Source: Azolla caroliniana | Lineage: Eukaryota; Plantae; Polypodiophyta | Direction of reading: 5' to 3' | DNA: 64,000 bases | Assembly: GCA_043228905.1 (NCBI GenBank) | Contig: JBHGNT010000001.1 | Span: 32,240,001-32,304,000, forward strand | Part shown: positions 1-10,083 of the stretch, piece by piece | Layout of the letters: each line of letters begins with the position of its first letter | Position numbering within the stretch: the first letter of the stretch is position 1 | Position numbers and translations under genes: made by a program | Notes under the pieces: model-generated | Told to the model about the DNA's origin: nothing | The model's input: only the letters and a program-made list of their open reading frames with translations | Database searches by the model: none

Positions 1-2
1 GG

Positions 3-767
3 AGCACACCGTACTACCCACAGGCGAACGGGTTAGCGGAGTCCACCAACAAAACGCTGCAGAACATTCTACGCAAAATCGTCAACGAAAACCGGACGGA
101 CTGGGACACAAAGCTCCATAGTGCGCTATGGGCGTACCGAACGGCATAGAAAACAAGTATCCGGACAACGCCGTTCCGGCTAGCATTCGGCTTAGAAGCG
201 GTCATGCCGGTCGAGTTTCAGGTACCAAGCTTACGGATCCAACTACGGGAACGGCTGAATGAAAAGAAGTCGGAGGAAATACGGCTAGCAGCACTATGCG
301 AACTGGAGGAGCAACGGCTGGCCAACATCCTACACATGGAACTGGAGCAACGACGACGGAAAGCGTTCGTTGACCGGCACCGGAAAGGTAATGAGAAAAT
401 GTTCGAAATCGGAAAGCCGGTGCTAGTATTCCAAACGAGGATGGGCAAGATGCCGGGTAAACTCCGGTTCAGATGGACAGGCCCGTATTGGCTGACACGG
501 GAATACAACGGGTCCTATCAGATAGGGACACTTGCCGGGGAAGTAGTAGGCAAGTGGGTGAATGGATTTCGACTAAAGCCCTATAATGGACCGATGCCAA
601 AGAACCCGTTTATGCGGCTCACCGGCACTACACCAGGAACCTGCCCGGGATCGGTACGGATCGATCCGGAAGAAAAAGACGACGGGGAACCCGTAGTAGA
701 GACGAAGGAAGACACGGCAACCCGTAAGGAAAACGGTCAGGGTCCGAAGGGACCTACGGATATGTAA
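3..767 (+). pseudogene. Integrase C-terminal half of the host gypsy element, with a premature stop
   Basis: Frame reads STPYYPQANGLAESTNKTL...WDTKLHSALWAYRTA*KTS...FGLEAVMPVEF...KLRFRWTGPYW. TAG at 147-149 replaces the Tyr of the usual AYRTAYKT motif. Confidence 0.92.
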
Positions 768-787
768 GGTCACACACCGTCATTAAA

Positions 788-820
<33 letters not shown>

Positions 821-892
821 AAAAAATAAAAAAAAAAATCATTAAAAATCGAGGTATGAACGGGTGTGAAAGCGAGGCGCGAAAAGGTACGT

Positions 893-1609
893 TGTCGTGA
901 AGAAAACCGCCCACAAGAGGAATCGGAGGAACAAGGCGTGGGAAACGGCTCTACGCACACACGCGCCCCAAGAAGTACCTAAGGACGAAGTAGGTACATA
1001 CGAGGATCCTAGGTGGGTAGATTCGGTTGGTATGCAGTTAATGCCAAACGGCCTCTTGACGGGCTATAAAAGGGAAGAGGAAGAATAGAAGTGGGTATCT
1101 CGCGCGGAGAGGACGAAGTGCTGCCGAACCGATTTCGGAGCTTCTCTCTCACTCCTGCTTTCTCTGTCTTCTGCTCCATCGCGTACCAGTGCAGGTTTCG
1201 AGGAGGCTTGCGCTGTTCCGTGGAACGCCCCGAGTGCGTCCTGCAGCACCTCCGACCTGTTTTCCCTTCCTGTGCGTCGCGACATACAGGGGTCGGCATC
1301 TGTTCGCCGCCCTGTTCGTTTTCGTTAGTATCTATTTCGTGCCCCACCGTGGGTTGTAATACTTTAGTCTGTTATTTTCTTGCATTCATAAGTACATATC
1401 TTTCGTTGTTGCGTCCATCTGCGTCGGCGTTTATTTGTGATCTCTGTTTGTTGGGCCGTGTCCCTGTGCAATCGTCGGTTCTGCGCAATCGGATCTTCGG
1501 TTCTGTGTAATCGGGTCTCTCTCTCTTACTCCTCTCTCTCTTGCTCTTCGGTTCAAGACCCCCGTGGTCCCTCCTCCTTTCTACACGCAAGGGCGTAGTA
1601 ACCCCGACA
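893..1609 (+). repeat. 5' LTR of the intact gypsy element
   Basis: Direct repeat of 7340-8056; only one difference seen (G1212 vs A7659); TATA-like CTATAAAA near 1064. Confidence 0.97.
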
Positions 1610-1612
1610 TCT

Positions 1613-1630
1613 TGGTGAACCCGACGTGAA
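1613..1630 (+). other. Primer binding site complementary to the 3' end of tRNA-Trp
   Basis: TGGTGAACCCGACGTGAA, 3 nt after the LTR, is the reverse complement of TTCACGTCGGGTTCACCA, the plant cytosolic tRNA-Trp(CCA) 3' end (from memory of plant tRNA sequences). Confidence 0.85.
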
Positions 1631-1652
1631 AGAGGCGGCAGAAGAGCAGAAG

Positions 1653-3779
1653 ATGAGGGGGTCGGATCTCGCAGAGGCCATGGCTTCGGCCGTGGATCGG
1701 ATTGTAAACGCGCGCGAGGGCACCGGTGCCCTCGACAGAGCTATTGAGGCGGTCGTCGGCACGATCGGCCGGTTCGATGGGAAGGATGCCACGAAGTATC
1801 TGGCGTCCTACGGTGCGGAAATGTTAATGCGGGACATTCCGGAAGACAGGCGTCTTGCCGGTTTTCCCCGAGTGGCGATGCCGAGCATCCATGCGGAGGT
1901 GCTCGAGGTGCGGGCGGAGAGCCGTACCTGGGAGGAGTTCGAAGGTCGGCTCCTGGAAAAATACGGACTGGACGACGCGCTCCGGCTTTCGAAGCGAAGC
2001 TTCATGGAGTGGGTGGAGTCTCCCGGGAAAGGAAGAAACGCGTCGGCACTCCTCCGGGAGTTCGAGGAGAACTTCGCGCGCCTTTCGGCGCTTGACAGGA
2101 TGGTCCTGGATACAAGCCGGGTCCTGCTGTTCGTCAAATCGGTTGACGAGAGGGATCGGAGTCACGTGGGCGCCCTGCTAGAAACCGAAGACGGGCTGAC
2201 AGCCGACTGGGCGGCGGTCAAGAGAGCCTGCGGCCGTTTCGACAAACGGCGAGAATGGGAGGATGACAGAGCAACCGGGTCGGGCTCAGTCGCGGCGAGG
2301 AAACTCGAGCCGGCGCAGCCGGTGCGAAGGGAAGAGACTCGGGAGTGGCTGGAATCCGGTTCAGCTACGACCGACGTGATCAGAGGCTCGACTGGAGGAG
2401 CTGCGTTGGAGGAACTGACGAGGGCGATAAAAGACCTCCAAATCGCACAAGCCCGCAGAGAAGGCGGAGGACCTGCTCGTGACCGACGGCCGGCGGCAGG
2501 GAACAGGTGCATGTGGTGCGACGGGGTCGGCCACATCCGAAAAGACTGCGGCGATTTCGCAGAGGCGCTGAGGAACCGGGTGGTGTACCTATGGGAAGGC
2601 CGGGTTCACGCCAACGACACGAGAAGGGCCCTAAACCGAAACGACGGGCGAGGCGGAATGAAGAGGTTGATGGAAGAGGCGGCGGCCCGACATGCGGAAA
2701 CCGTCCACTACTCGGCGTCGGCCGGTATTCGAGTCGGGGGCAACGAGGCCCGAAGAGGAAGCAAAGCCGGATTCTGGCCGACGGTGCTGGAAGGCCTTGC
2801 CGATACGAGGATGAAGAGGGAGGAATCGGACCGTGCGGAGAAACGGGTACGGGAGATGACCGGGTGGAGCGACCCGGTCGAGGAGAAGACGGGCTTCGTG
2901 GAAGCCGCTTGCCGGAACTACGAGGCTCTGGTAGAAGAGAAGCGGGTGGGGAAACCCGGGACGACCGGGCCCTCACAACGATACGAGACCCGGTCCGGGC
3001 CACGACGGGACGAAGCCGGCGGGGCCGATACGCAAGATAAACCCCAGAAGGGCGGGTACCGTCTGGGGACGGAGATAGAAAGAACCACGGACTTACGAAA
3101 GGTCCTGGAGGAACGGATCCTCGACAGCAAGGTGGAGCTGTCGCTACGGGAGGTGCTCGGAATCGCGAAAAAAGAGTTCCACGACTCCATCGTGGACTTG
3201 GTCAAGCGGAAGAGGCTGTCGACGGAGGAGGAACCGGAAAGACCGGTAGAGGTGCGGACGGCGCACCTGGACGACATGGCGCTGGAAGACGAGTGGGCGG
3301 AGAGCCACTATTCGCGGCCACACTGGGCCCGAGCGACCACGGAAACCCCGGTAAAGATCGGCGATGTCCAGGAACCGGTAGTAGCTTTGGTGGACCACGG
3401 ATCGGAAATCAACCTGATGTCCATGGACTTCTATAAGAAGGGCAAATGGCCGATCAACACCAAGCACGGGTGGAAGATAAGGGCGGCGACGCGCGCCACC
3501 GAGGAACTTCACGGGGCCTGCCCGAATGTACGGGTCAAGATCGGCGATGTCGAGATAGACCAGCACTTCTTCGTGCAGGAGTCGTCATCGCACCCCGTCA
3601 TACTGGGAGAGCCGTACATCACGGCGGCTCGAATGGAGACCAAGGTGCTGGACAACGGTTCGGCCTATGCGCGGGTCAAGAGCCAGGACGGGCGCCATTC
3701 GGTCCAGTTTTTGACGGTTAGGCCGAACCACGAGCGTAACCGCGACTCCCTCGGTTCCGATAACCGAGAGGATTTTTAG
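1653..3779 (+). CDS. gag: Gag with CCHC zinc knuckle fused to aspartic protease
   Basis: CMWCDGVGHIRKDC knuckle; protease motif ALVDHGSEINLM and VILGEPY. First ATG at 1653 (ORF track starts at GTG 1626). Confidence 0.9.
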   Translation: MRGSDLAEAMASAVDRIVNAREGTGALDRAIEAVVGTIGRFDGKDATKYLASYGAEMLMRDIPEDRRLAGFPRVAMPSIHAEVLEVRAESRTWEEFEGRLLEKYGLDDALRLSKRSFMEWVESPGKGRNASALLREFEENFARLSALDRMVLDTSRVLLFVKSVDERDRSHVGALLETEDGLTADWAAVKRACGRFDKRREWEDDRATGSGSVAARKLEPAQPVRREETREWLESGSATTDVIRGSTGGAALEELTRAIKDLQIAQARREGGGPARDRRPAAGNRCMWCDGVGHIRKDCGDFAEALRNRVVYLWEGRVHANDTRRALNRNDGRGGMKRLMEEAAARHAETVHYSASAGIRVGGNEARRGSKAGFWPTVLEGLADTRMKREESDRAEKRVREMTGWSDPVEEKTGFVEAACRNYEALVEEKRVGKPGTTGPSQRYETRSGPRRDEAGGADTQDKPQKGGYRLGTEIERTTDLRKVLEERILDSKVELSLREVLGIAKKEFHDSIVDLVKRKRLSTEEEPERPVEVRTAHLDDMALEDEWAESHYSRPHWARATTETPVKIGDVQEPVVALVDHGSEINLMSMDFYKKGKWPINTKHGWKIRAATRATEELHGACPNVRVKIGDVEIDQHFFVQESSSHPVILGEPYITAARMETKVLDNGSAYARVKSQDGRHSVQFLTVRPNHERNRDSLGSDNREDF

Positions 3780-6700
3780 AGAGGGCTGCCAAGGCGTGGG
3801 GCCGCGACAGTCCGGACACCCCGGGAAACCCCCACACCTGTACGATAAAACCGAAGGAACCTTGTACCATAGGTAGGGGATTTTTGTTCTCCGACAGCGG
3901 AGCGTGTACGATAGTCGGCATCGGCGGCCGAGAGAAGACAAAGGCGGAGGGGAGACTTCGAGCGTGCGGAGTTCTCGGCCCTGACGAGGAAATCAACGGA
4001 GCCGTGGAGGCGGTCTCATTCGACGACACCTTGGGAATGTTGGGAAAGGTAGTCGAAGAAGGCCTTAACGAAGACCGGACGATACCGGTGTGTTCCGAGG
4101 AGATGTACGAAGTCATCGCGGACTTCGGTCGAGGGCTCGAGTCAGTTCGGACGGCCCGCGTAAGCACCAAGTACAAGACTGTGGACCGGAAGGTAAGGCC
4201 AGTCGCGGCACCCTTACCGGAGGACAGCGCGTCGAGAATCAAAGGGGTTGCATCGGACCCTAGTCTACGAGATCCGGCCTGCATAGGGCACACCTTCACC
4301 GACGAGACGCTCCGAGAGCTCAAAATCGGTGGGGGCGGGTTCCTACTGCCGGCGGAGGAAGACCGGTTTCGGAGAATGCTCGGAAGGCACGGGAAAGCCT
4401 TCGCATTCTCGCCGGAGGAAATCGGGTGCGTTGACCCGACGATCGTGGAGCCGATGGTGGTATTCACGGTACCGCATGTACCATGGAACCTCAAGCCAAT
4501 CCCGGTTCCGAGAGCTCACATCCCGAAGTTGATGGAGCTGCTGAGGCAGAAAGTTGATATGGGAATTCTCGAGCCGTCGAGCGCCCCATATTCGAATCGA
4601 TGGTTTACCGTACCGAAGAAAAACGGTTCGTTGCGCTTCATCCAGGACCTGCAGCCGGTCAATCGAGTGACCATTCGGAACGCAGGGATCGGACCGACCG
4701 TAGACGAGTTCGCGGAGGCCTTCGCCGGAAGGTCAATTTACTCGGTCGGGGATCTATACTCAGGGTACGACCAGTTCCAGCTAGCCGTGGAGAGCAGAGA
4801 CATTACGACGATGCGAACTCCCCTCGGCCTAGTTCGGATGTGTACACTGCCGCAAGGAGGGACCAACTCGGTGGCCCACATGGTGAATGCGATGAACAAG
4901 GTTCTGAGGGACTGTATCCCGGACATCACCATGCCGTTTCTGGACGACATCCCGATCAAGGGATGCCCGGTAGAAGAGAAGGACGAGACGATCGGGCCGG
5001 ACGGATGCCGGCGATTCGTGGCGACGCACATCGACGACTGCGAGAAGGTGCTGCGAAGGCTAGAGGATGCGAGACTCACCTTCTCCGGGGAGAAGTCGGC
5101 CTTCGGGCAGTCAGAAATCATGGTGGTCGGACACCTGTGCGGACCGTATGGCCGGAAACCGTCTCCGGCAAAGGTAGAAGCCATCTCCGCGATGAAGCCC
5201 GACTGCAGCTCGGTCACGGAAGTACGGAGATTCCTGGGGGCATGCGCGTTCTACCACATATGGATCCCGCATTACGCACACGTCGCGGAGCCACTGTACG
5301 GGTTGCTGAAAAAGGGGCGAAGGTTCGAATGGCTAGACGAGCACGCGGAATCGGTCCGGAAGCTGAAAGAGGCCCTTGCAGCGGCACCGGCACTCCGGAA
5401 GGCGGTATACGGGAAGGGTACCCCGGTATTCATAACGGTGGATACCAGTCCGACCGGGATCGGATGGGTCGTGAACCAGGAAGACGAGGACGGCAATCGG
5501 TTTCCGATCCGATTCGGCGCGAAAGTCCTCAGTGAACGGCAGCGAGGATACGCCCAGGTTAAACGCGAACTCTGGGGTATTGTTTCGGCGGTTAAGGCCG
5601 ACAAAGACTACCTGATAGGGACAGAAGTGATCATCGAGACAGATTGCCTGCCGATTCTCGGTATGGTTTCCGGATGCGCGACTCCGGACCTGGCGATGCT
5701 CAGGTGGATAGCGTACATCAAGTCCCTGGACCCGGAAATACGACACATTTCCGGGAAAGACAACGCCATGGCCGACATGCTTTCGAGGGCGAGGTTCGAC
5801 GACGAGGGCGGCATGGTTTCGGAAGACGAAGAAGTCGGCGTGGATTTCTTCGAGGCGGCACACATAACGACCGACGGAATGAGCACTCCGGCGCTTAACG
5901 AGTTCGACGCGAGCAAGTACGACGGGGAGTGGCTGCAGATCGGCGGGTTTTTGAAGACAATGACGCCTGATGCGTCATGGACGAAGGACGAGGCCAACCG
6001 GATCCGGAAGAAAGCATATCGATTCTTTCTCCGGGATGGCTACCTATGGAAGCACCCGAAGAAGAGGGACGGCGCTCCGCTCCGGGTGGTGGCGATGAAG
6101 GAAGAACAGGAGGAGCTGCTGACGGCCTACCACGACAGCCCTTGGGCTGGACACCGTGGAACGTGGGCGACATTTGAGAAGCTGAAGGGGAAGTACTGGT
6201 GGCCGGGATTGTACCGGGACGTGCATCGGTTCGTGTCGACTTGCGAGAGTTGTCAGATGCACTCGATAGTCCGACACCGGGATGGGCTTCGCCCTACGTA
6301 CCCTCCGACTATCCACTTCAAATGGATGGTAGATCTAGTGACGATGCCGATGGGGGTAGGACAGATGCGGTATCTGGTCCTAGCGCGGGAAGACCTGACG
6401 AACCAGGTGGAAGGCCGAGCCCTTCAGAACAAGACGACCGCGGCCGTGTGTCGGTTCCTGATCGAGGACGTGATATGCCGGTACGGGTGCGTCGGGAAGA
6501 TCGTGGCTGACCGGGGGGAGTTGGACGCCGAGGAGGCCGCGGAGCTGTTCGATCGGCTGGGAGTCAAACTCTCGCTCACCACTGCGTACAACCCGGAGGC
6601 GAATGGAAAGGTGGAGCGCGGACACGGGCCGATCGTTAAAGCGCTGGTTCGGGCATGCGGGGGCCAAGTCGGTAACTGGCCGCGACTTCTACCTTATGCT

Positions 6701-7267
6701 TTGTGGGCCGACCGGACTACGCACAGTTCGGTAACCGGGTACATGCCGACAGAGCTCATGTTCGGCCAGAAGCCGATCATGCCGGTGGAACAAACAATCT
6801 CCTCATGGGCGACGGTCGACTGGAGGGACGAGATGAGCCGGGAGGACTTGTTGGCAGCGCGTATACGACAACTCGAACGGAGACCGGAGGACGTGGAGAC
6901 GGCTGCAGAAAGGATCCGAGTGGCGAGGATAAAGAACAAGGCCAGGTTCGACCGAACGCACCGACTCCGACCGAAGAAGATCGAACAAGGTGACTGGGTG
7001 CTCGTCTACGACAGCAGCCTCGACAACCAGCACCGATCAACGCGGAAGTTCGCACGGAGATGGTTCGGGCCGTACACGGTACAGAGCGCCAACGACAACG
7101 GGACGTATCATCTGGCGGAGCTCGACGGTACGAGAATAGCGATACCCGTGGCCGGGAAGAGGATCAAAGCTTTCAAGAAGCGGCACGACGACGAACCCGA
7201 CCCGATTCTCCTGGACAGCAGCGACGACCGATCCGAGGCCGAGGAAGGGCCGGCAGGCGAAGAGTAA
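3770..7267 (+). CDS. pol: Pol (RT-RNase H-integrase), probably expressed by -1 frameshift from gag-PR
   Basis: RT motifs DLYSGYDQ, LPQG, FLDD; RNase H VDTS, RELWG, ETDC, ADMLSR; integrase HHCC (HDSPWAGH..CESC), VDL/ADRG/GKVERG and WFGPY. The -1 frame is open from the GGATTTT heptamer at 3770. Confidence 0.93.
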   Translation, partial: GFLERAAKAWGRDSPDTPGNPHTCTIKPKEPCTIGRGFLFSDSGACTIVGIGGREKTKAEGRLRACGVLGPDEEINGAVEAVSFDDTLGMLGKVVEEGLNEDRTIPVCSEEMYEVIADFGRGLESVRTARVSTKYKTVDRKVRPVAAPLPEDSASRIKGVASDPSLRDPACIGHTFTDETLRELKIGGGGFLLPAEEDRFRRMLGRHGKAFAFSPEEIGCVDPTIVEPMVVFTVPHVPWNLKPIPVPRAHIPKLMELLRQKVDMGILEPSSAPYSNRWFTVPKKNGSLRFIQDLQPVNRVTIRNAGIGPTVDEFAEAFAGRSIYSVGDLYSGYDQFQLAVESRDITTMRTPLGLVRMCTLPQGGTNSVAHMVNAMNKVLRDCIPDITMPFLDDIPIKGCPVEEKDETIGPDGCRRFVATHIDDCEKVLRRLEDARLTFSGEKSAFGQSEIMVVGHLCGPYGRKPSPAKVEAISAMKPDCSSVTEVRRFLGACAFYHIWIPHYAHVAEPLYGLLKKGRRFEWLDEHAESVRKLKEALAAAPALRKAVYGKGTPVFITVDTSPTGIGWVVNQEDEDGNRFPIRFGAKVLSERQRGYAQVKRELWGIVSAVKADKDYLIGTEVIIETDCLPILGMVSGCATPDLAMLRWIAYIKSLDPEIRHISGKDNAMADMLSRARFDDEGGMVSEDEEVGVDFFEAAHITTDGMSTPALNEFDASKYDGEWLQIGGFLKTMTPDASWTKDEANRIRKKAYRFFLRDGYLWKHPKKRDGAPLRVVAMKEEQEELLTAYHDSPWAGHRGTWATFEKLKGKYWWPGLYRDVHRFVSTCESCQMHSIVRHRDGLRPTYPPTIHFKWMVDLVTMPMGVGQMRYLVLAREDLTNQVEGRALQNKTTAAVCRFLIEDVICRYGCVGKIVADRGELDAEEAAELFDRLGVKLSLTTAYNPEANGKVERGHGPIVKALVRACGGQVGNWPRLLPYALWADRTTHSSVTGYMPTELMFGQKPIMPVEQTISSWATVDWRDEMSREDLLAARIRQLERRPEDVETAAERIRVARIKNKARFDRTHRLRPKKIEQGDWVLVYDSSLDNQHRSTRKFARRWFGPYTVQSANDNGTYHLAELDGTRIAIPVAGKRIKAFKKRHDDEPDPILLDSSDDRSEAEEGPAGEE

Positions 7268-7326
7268 AGGCGGGCCGGTTTTCTCCGTGCCAACTTATTT
7301 TGGCGCATGCCGGTGGATGCGCGGTT

Positions 7327-7339
7327 AGGTGGGGGCGGA
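7327..7339 (+). other. Polypurine tract of the intact gypsy element
   Basis: AGGTGGGGGCGGA immediately before the 3' LTR. Confidence 0.85.
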
Positions 7340-8056
7340 TGTCGTGAAGAAAACCGCCCACAAGAGGAATCGGAGGAACAAGGCGTGGGAAACGGCTCTA
7401 CGCACACACGCGCCCCAAGAAGTACCTAAGGACGAAGTAGGTACATACGAGGATCCTAGGTGGGTAGATTCGGTTGGTATGCAGTTAATGCCAAACGGCC
7501 TCTTGACGGGCTATAAAAGGGAAGAGGAAGAATAGAAGTGGGTATCTCGCGCGGAGAGGACGAAGTGCTGCCGAACCGATTTCGGAGCTTCTCTCTCACT
7601 CCTGCTTTCTCTGTCTTCTGCTCCATCGCGTACCAGTGCAGGTTTCGAGGAGGCTTGCACTGTTCCGTGGAACGCCCCGAGTGCGTCCTGCAGCACCTCC
7701 GACCTGTTTTCCCTTCCTGTGCGTCGCGACATACAGGGGTCGGCATCTGTTCGCCGCCCTGTTCGTTTTCGTTAGTATCTATTTCGTGCCCCACCGTGGG
7801 TTGTAATACTTTAGTCTGTTATTTTCTTGCATTCATAAGTACATATCTTTCGTTGTTGCGTCCATCTGCGTCGGCGTTTATTTGTGATCTCTGTTTGTTG
7901 GGCCGTGTCCCTGTGCAATCGTCGGTTCTGCGCAATCGGATCTTCGGTTCTGTGTAATCGGGTCTCTCTCTCTTACTCCTCTCTCTCTTGCTCTTCGGTT
8001 CAAGACCCCCGTGGTCCCTCCTCCTTTCTACACGCAAGGGCGTAGTAACCCCGACA
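7340..8056 (+). repeat. 3' LTR of the intact gypsy element
   Basis: Direct repeat of 893-1609, followed by TSD ACGT. Confidence 0.97.
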
Positions 8057-9452
8057 ACGTAGTGGGCATTTAAGAGACGCCACGCTACTTAATACTAAAT
8101 TGGTACACGACGTGTGCATGCTCGAAAAAGGCGCCAAAACGCACAAAGAAGAAACAGAACGCATGGAGACCTTTTCATTTCGCGAGCCAAGAAGCACAGA
8201 AGCACCAAGACAGTGGAAGCTGAGCAAACGCGAACCTGCACGCAGAGAACCCCCGCGCTCAGAACGCTCTCTCTCTCGCTCTCACTCTCATCACCACTCT
8301 ACCTCGCCATCTTCTCTCGACCTTGAAGCAGACATGGAACCACAAACACTGTCGGAAGCGGCCAGGAAATGGTTCAGGCAAAACGGACTGGAGGGGTTCT
8401 TGGCCATCATGGAGGCACCGCCGCACAGAGAAGCCGACCGGGTCATCAAGGAGCTCGCCACAGAGGTCATCACCGAGGAAGCGATCCGCGCGCTAACAGG
8501 CCTTCCGGAGGGAGGAATCTTTCAGATCGATAACCCAACCTCGGAGCAACTCACCCGATATTTCGGTGAGTACTCTGTTGCCGGCAAAGGCTATCGGACG
8601 CAGGGCGGCGAAGATCCGCTATTCAGGGAGATAGCTCGAGTGCTCCATGAGTACGGTCACGTGTACCCCCGACCCCCTGTCATGCCAAAAAATCGGGCAG
8701 GGATGATCATAGCCACCTATGAAGGGGTCAAGGTGGACTGGCCGGTGTTGATTGCAGACGGGTTGTGCATGGCAATCGACATGGTACGAGGGAAGGACGG
8801 CAAGGAGGGCCGGAAGCTGTGGCACGCCGTAGCTCAATGGATAACATTGCTCGTGCCGCCGGTCGAGACCGTCCAGCCAAAGAAGCGGCCAAGAGTATCG
8901 GAAGGAAGCACCTCGAAGCCGGCGTCCAAACGACAGCAGCTGCTGGCGTCGAAGGCGACGAAAGGGAAGAAACGGGTCCCAGAACCGGAGGAGGTGTCAC
9001 CGGTCCGACCCGTCAAGATAACCTTACGGAGACCAGGACAGAAGGAACCGGAACCCTTGACGGCACAGAAACATGCCGTGACACAGGAAGAGGAAACGGA
9101 GGAGCCAGAAGAGCACCTCCAACGACGGTCGAGAAGTAGGACCGCCGAGACAGGAGGGGAGCGGTCGTACCCGCGAGAGGCAGAAACGCCCCCAACTCAA
9201 CCTGAGCAAACCACAAGGGAAGAACCGGAACCGGTGCGTAGGGAACCGGTCTTGTCGACTTCTATAGAAGAAGTCAGTCCAACGGCTCCGGAAACGGCAA
9301 GAACCGGAACTCAACAGCCGGCGAGCCCAGCCAGAGCACACGGCGGCCAAGGAGTAGAACCAGAACGGCATATGCAGGCAATCAGGCCAGACAATTCCAC
9401 GGTGAATGAGCCGACCCGACCAGTACAGCAACAGGGCACCAGTAGCATGTGG

Positions 9453-10073
9453 TGTTGCAATTCCGTGCTCGGCCACAACCGAGGAACAGGATCGATTCGC
9501 AGAAAACGGGAAATACAAGAATGCACGAAGAACAACAGAGAGAAAGGTCCACTGGATGTTTTACGTGGAAAACCCTAAATGGGAAAAAACCACGGGAGTC
9601 CTCAAACTCCAACTATCACTATGAACAGGGATGTACACTGGTGAAGCTACAAGGCAACAACCTTGAGCTCACTGTCTTCGCCACAGGCGGCGGTAATACA
9701 CAGAGGCAACGACCTCTTCGTCTCTCACTCTCTCTCTCGGCTGCTCTCGCTTCTCATGAAAAAATGAGCAACAACATAAAACTGTTTGCCCTAAGTCATA
9801 TTTATACACATATGACTTTCGGGCTATTTACAAATATAGCCTCAAGGGCTCTTGGCAAACATATTCACAAATATGTCTCCGCATCCGGATCTCTCTCCGG
9901 GTACATTCATCATCCGGTTCCGTAACCGGGGTCTTCATCATCCGGCTCCGTAACCGGGGTCTTCATCATCCGGTTCCGTAACCGGGGTCTTCATCATCCG
10001 GTTCCGTAACCGCAACCGGGCTTGCCGTCATTCATCTCCGGACATCCCATCCGGAGGGACCGAAATCCCAACA
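9453..10073 (-). repeat. 3' LTR of the copia element
   Basis: No difference from 14192-14812 seen by eye; preceded on the minus strand by PPT GAAGGGGGAG (10076-10085). Confidence 0.96.
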
Positions 10074-10083
10074 AACTCCCCCT

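Larger units (their letters stand above)
893..8056 (+). mobile_element. Intact full-length Ty3/gypsy LTR retrotransposon (no chromodomain), recent insertion
   Basis: Two 717-bp LTRs (TGTCG...CGACA), 4-bp TSD ACGT (889-892 and 8057-8060), PBS, PPT, and uninterrupted gag-PR and RT-RH-INT ORFs. Confidence 0.97.

Noticed and set aside
1808-7407. Many overlapping and antisense ORFs (up to 311 aa) within the gypsy element
   Set aside because: Expected shadow ORFs of GC-rich coding sequence; no recognisable motifs.
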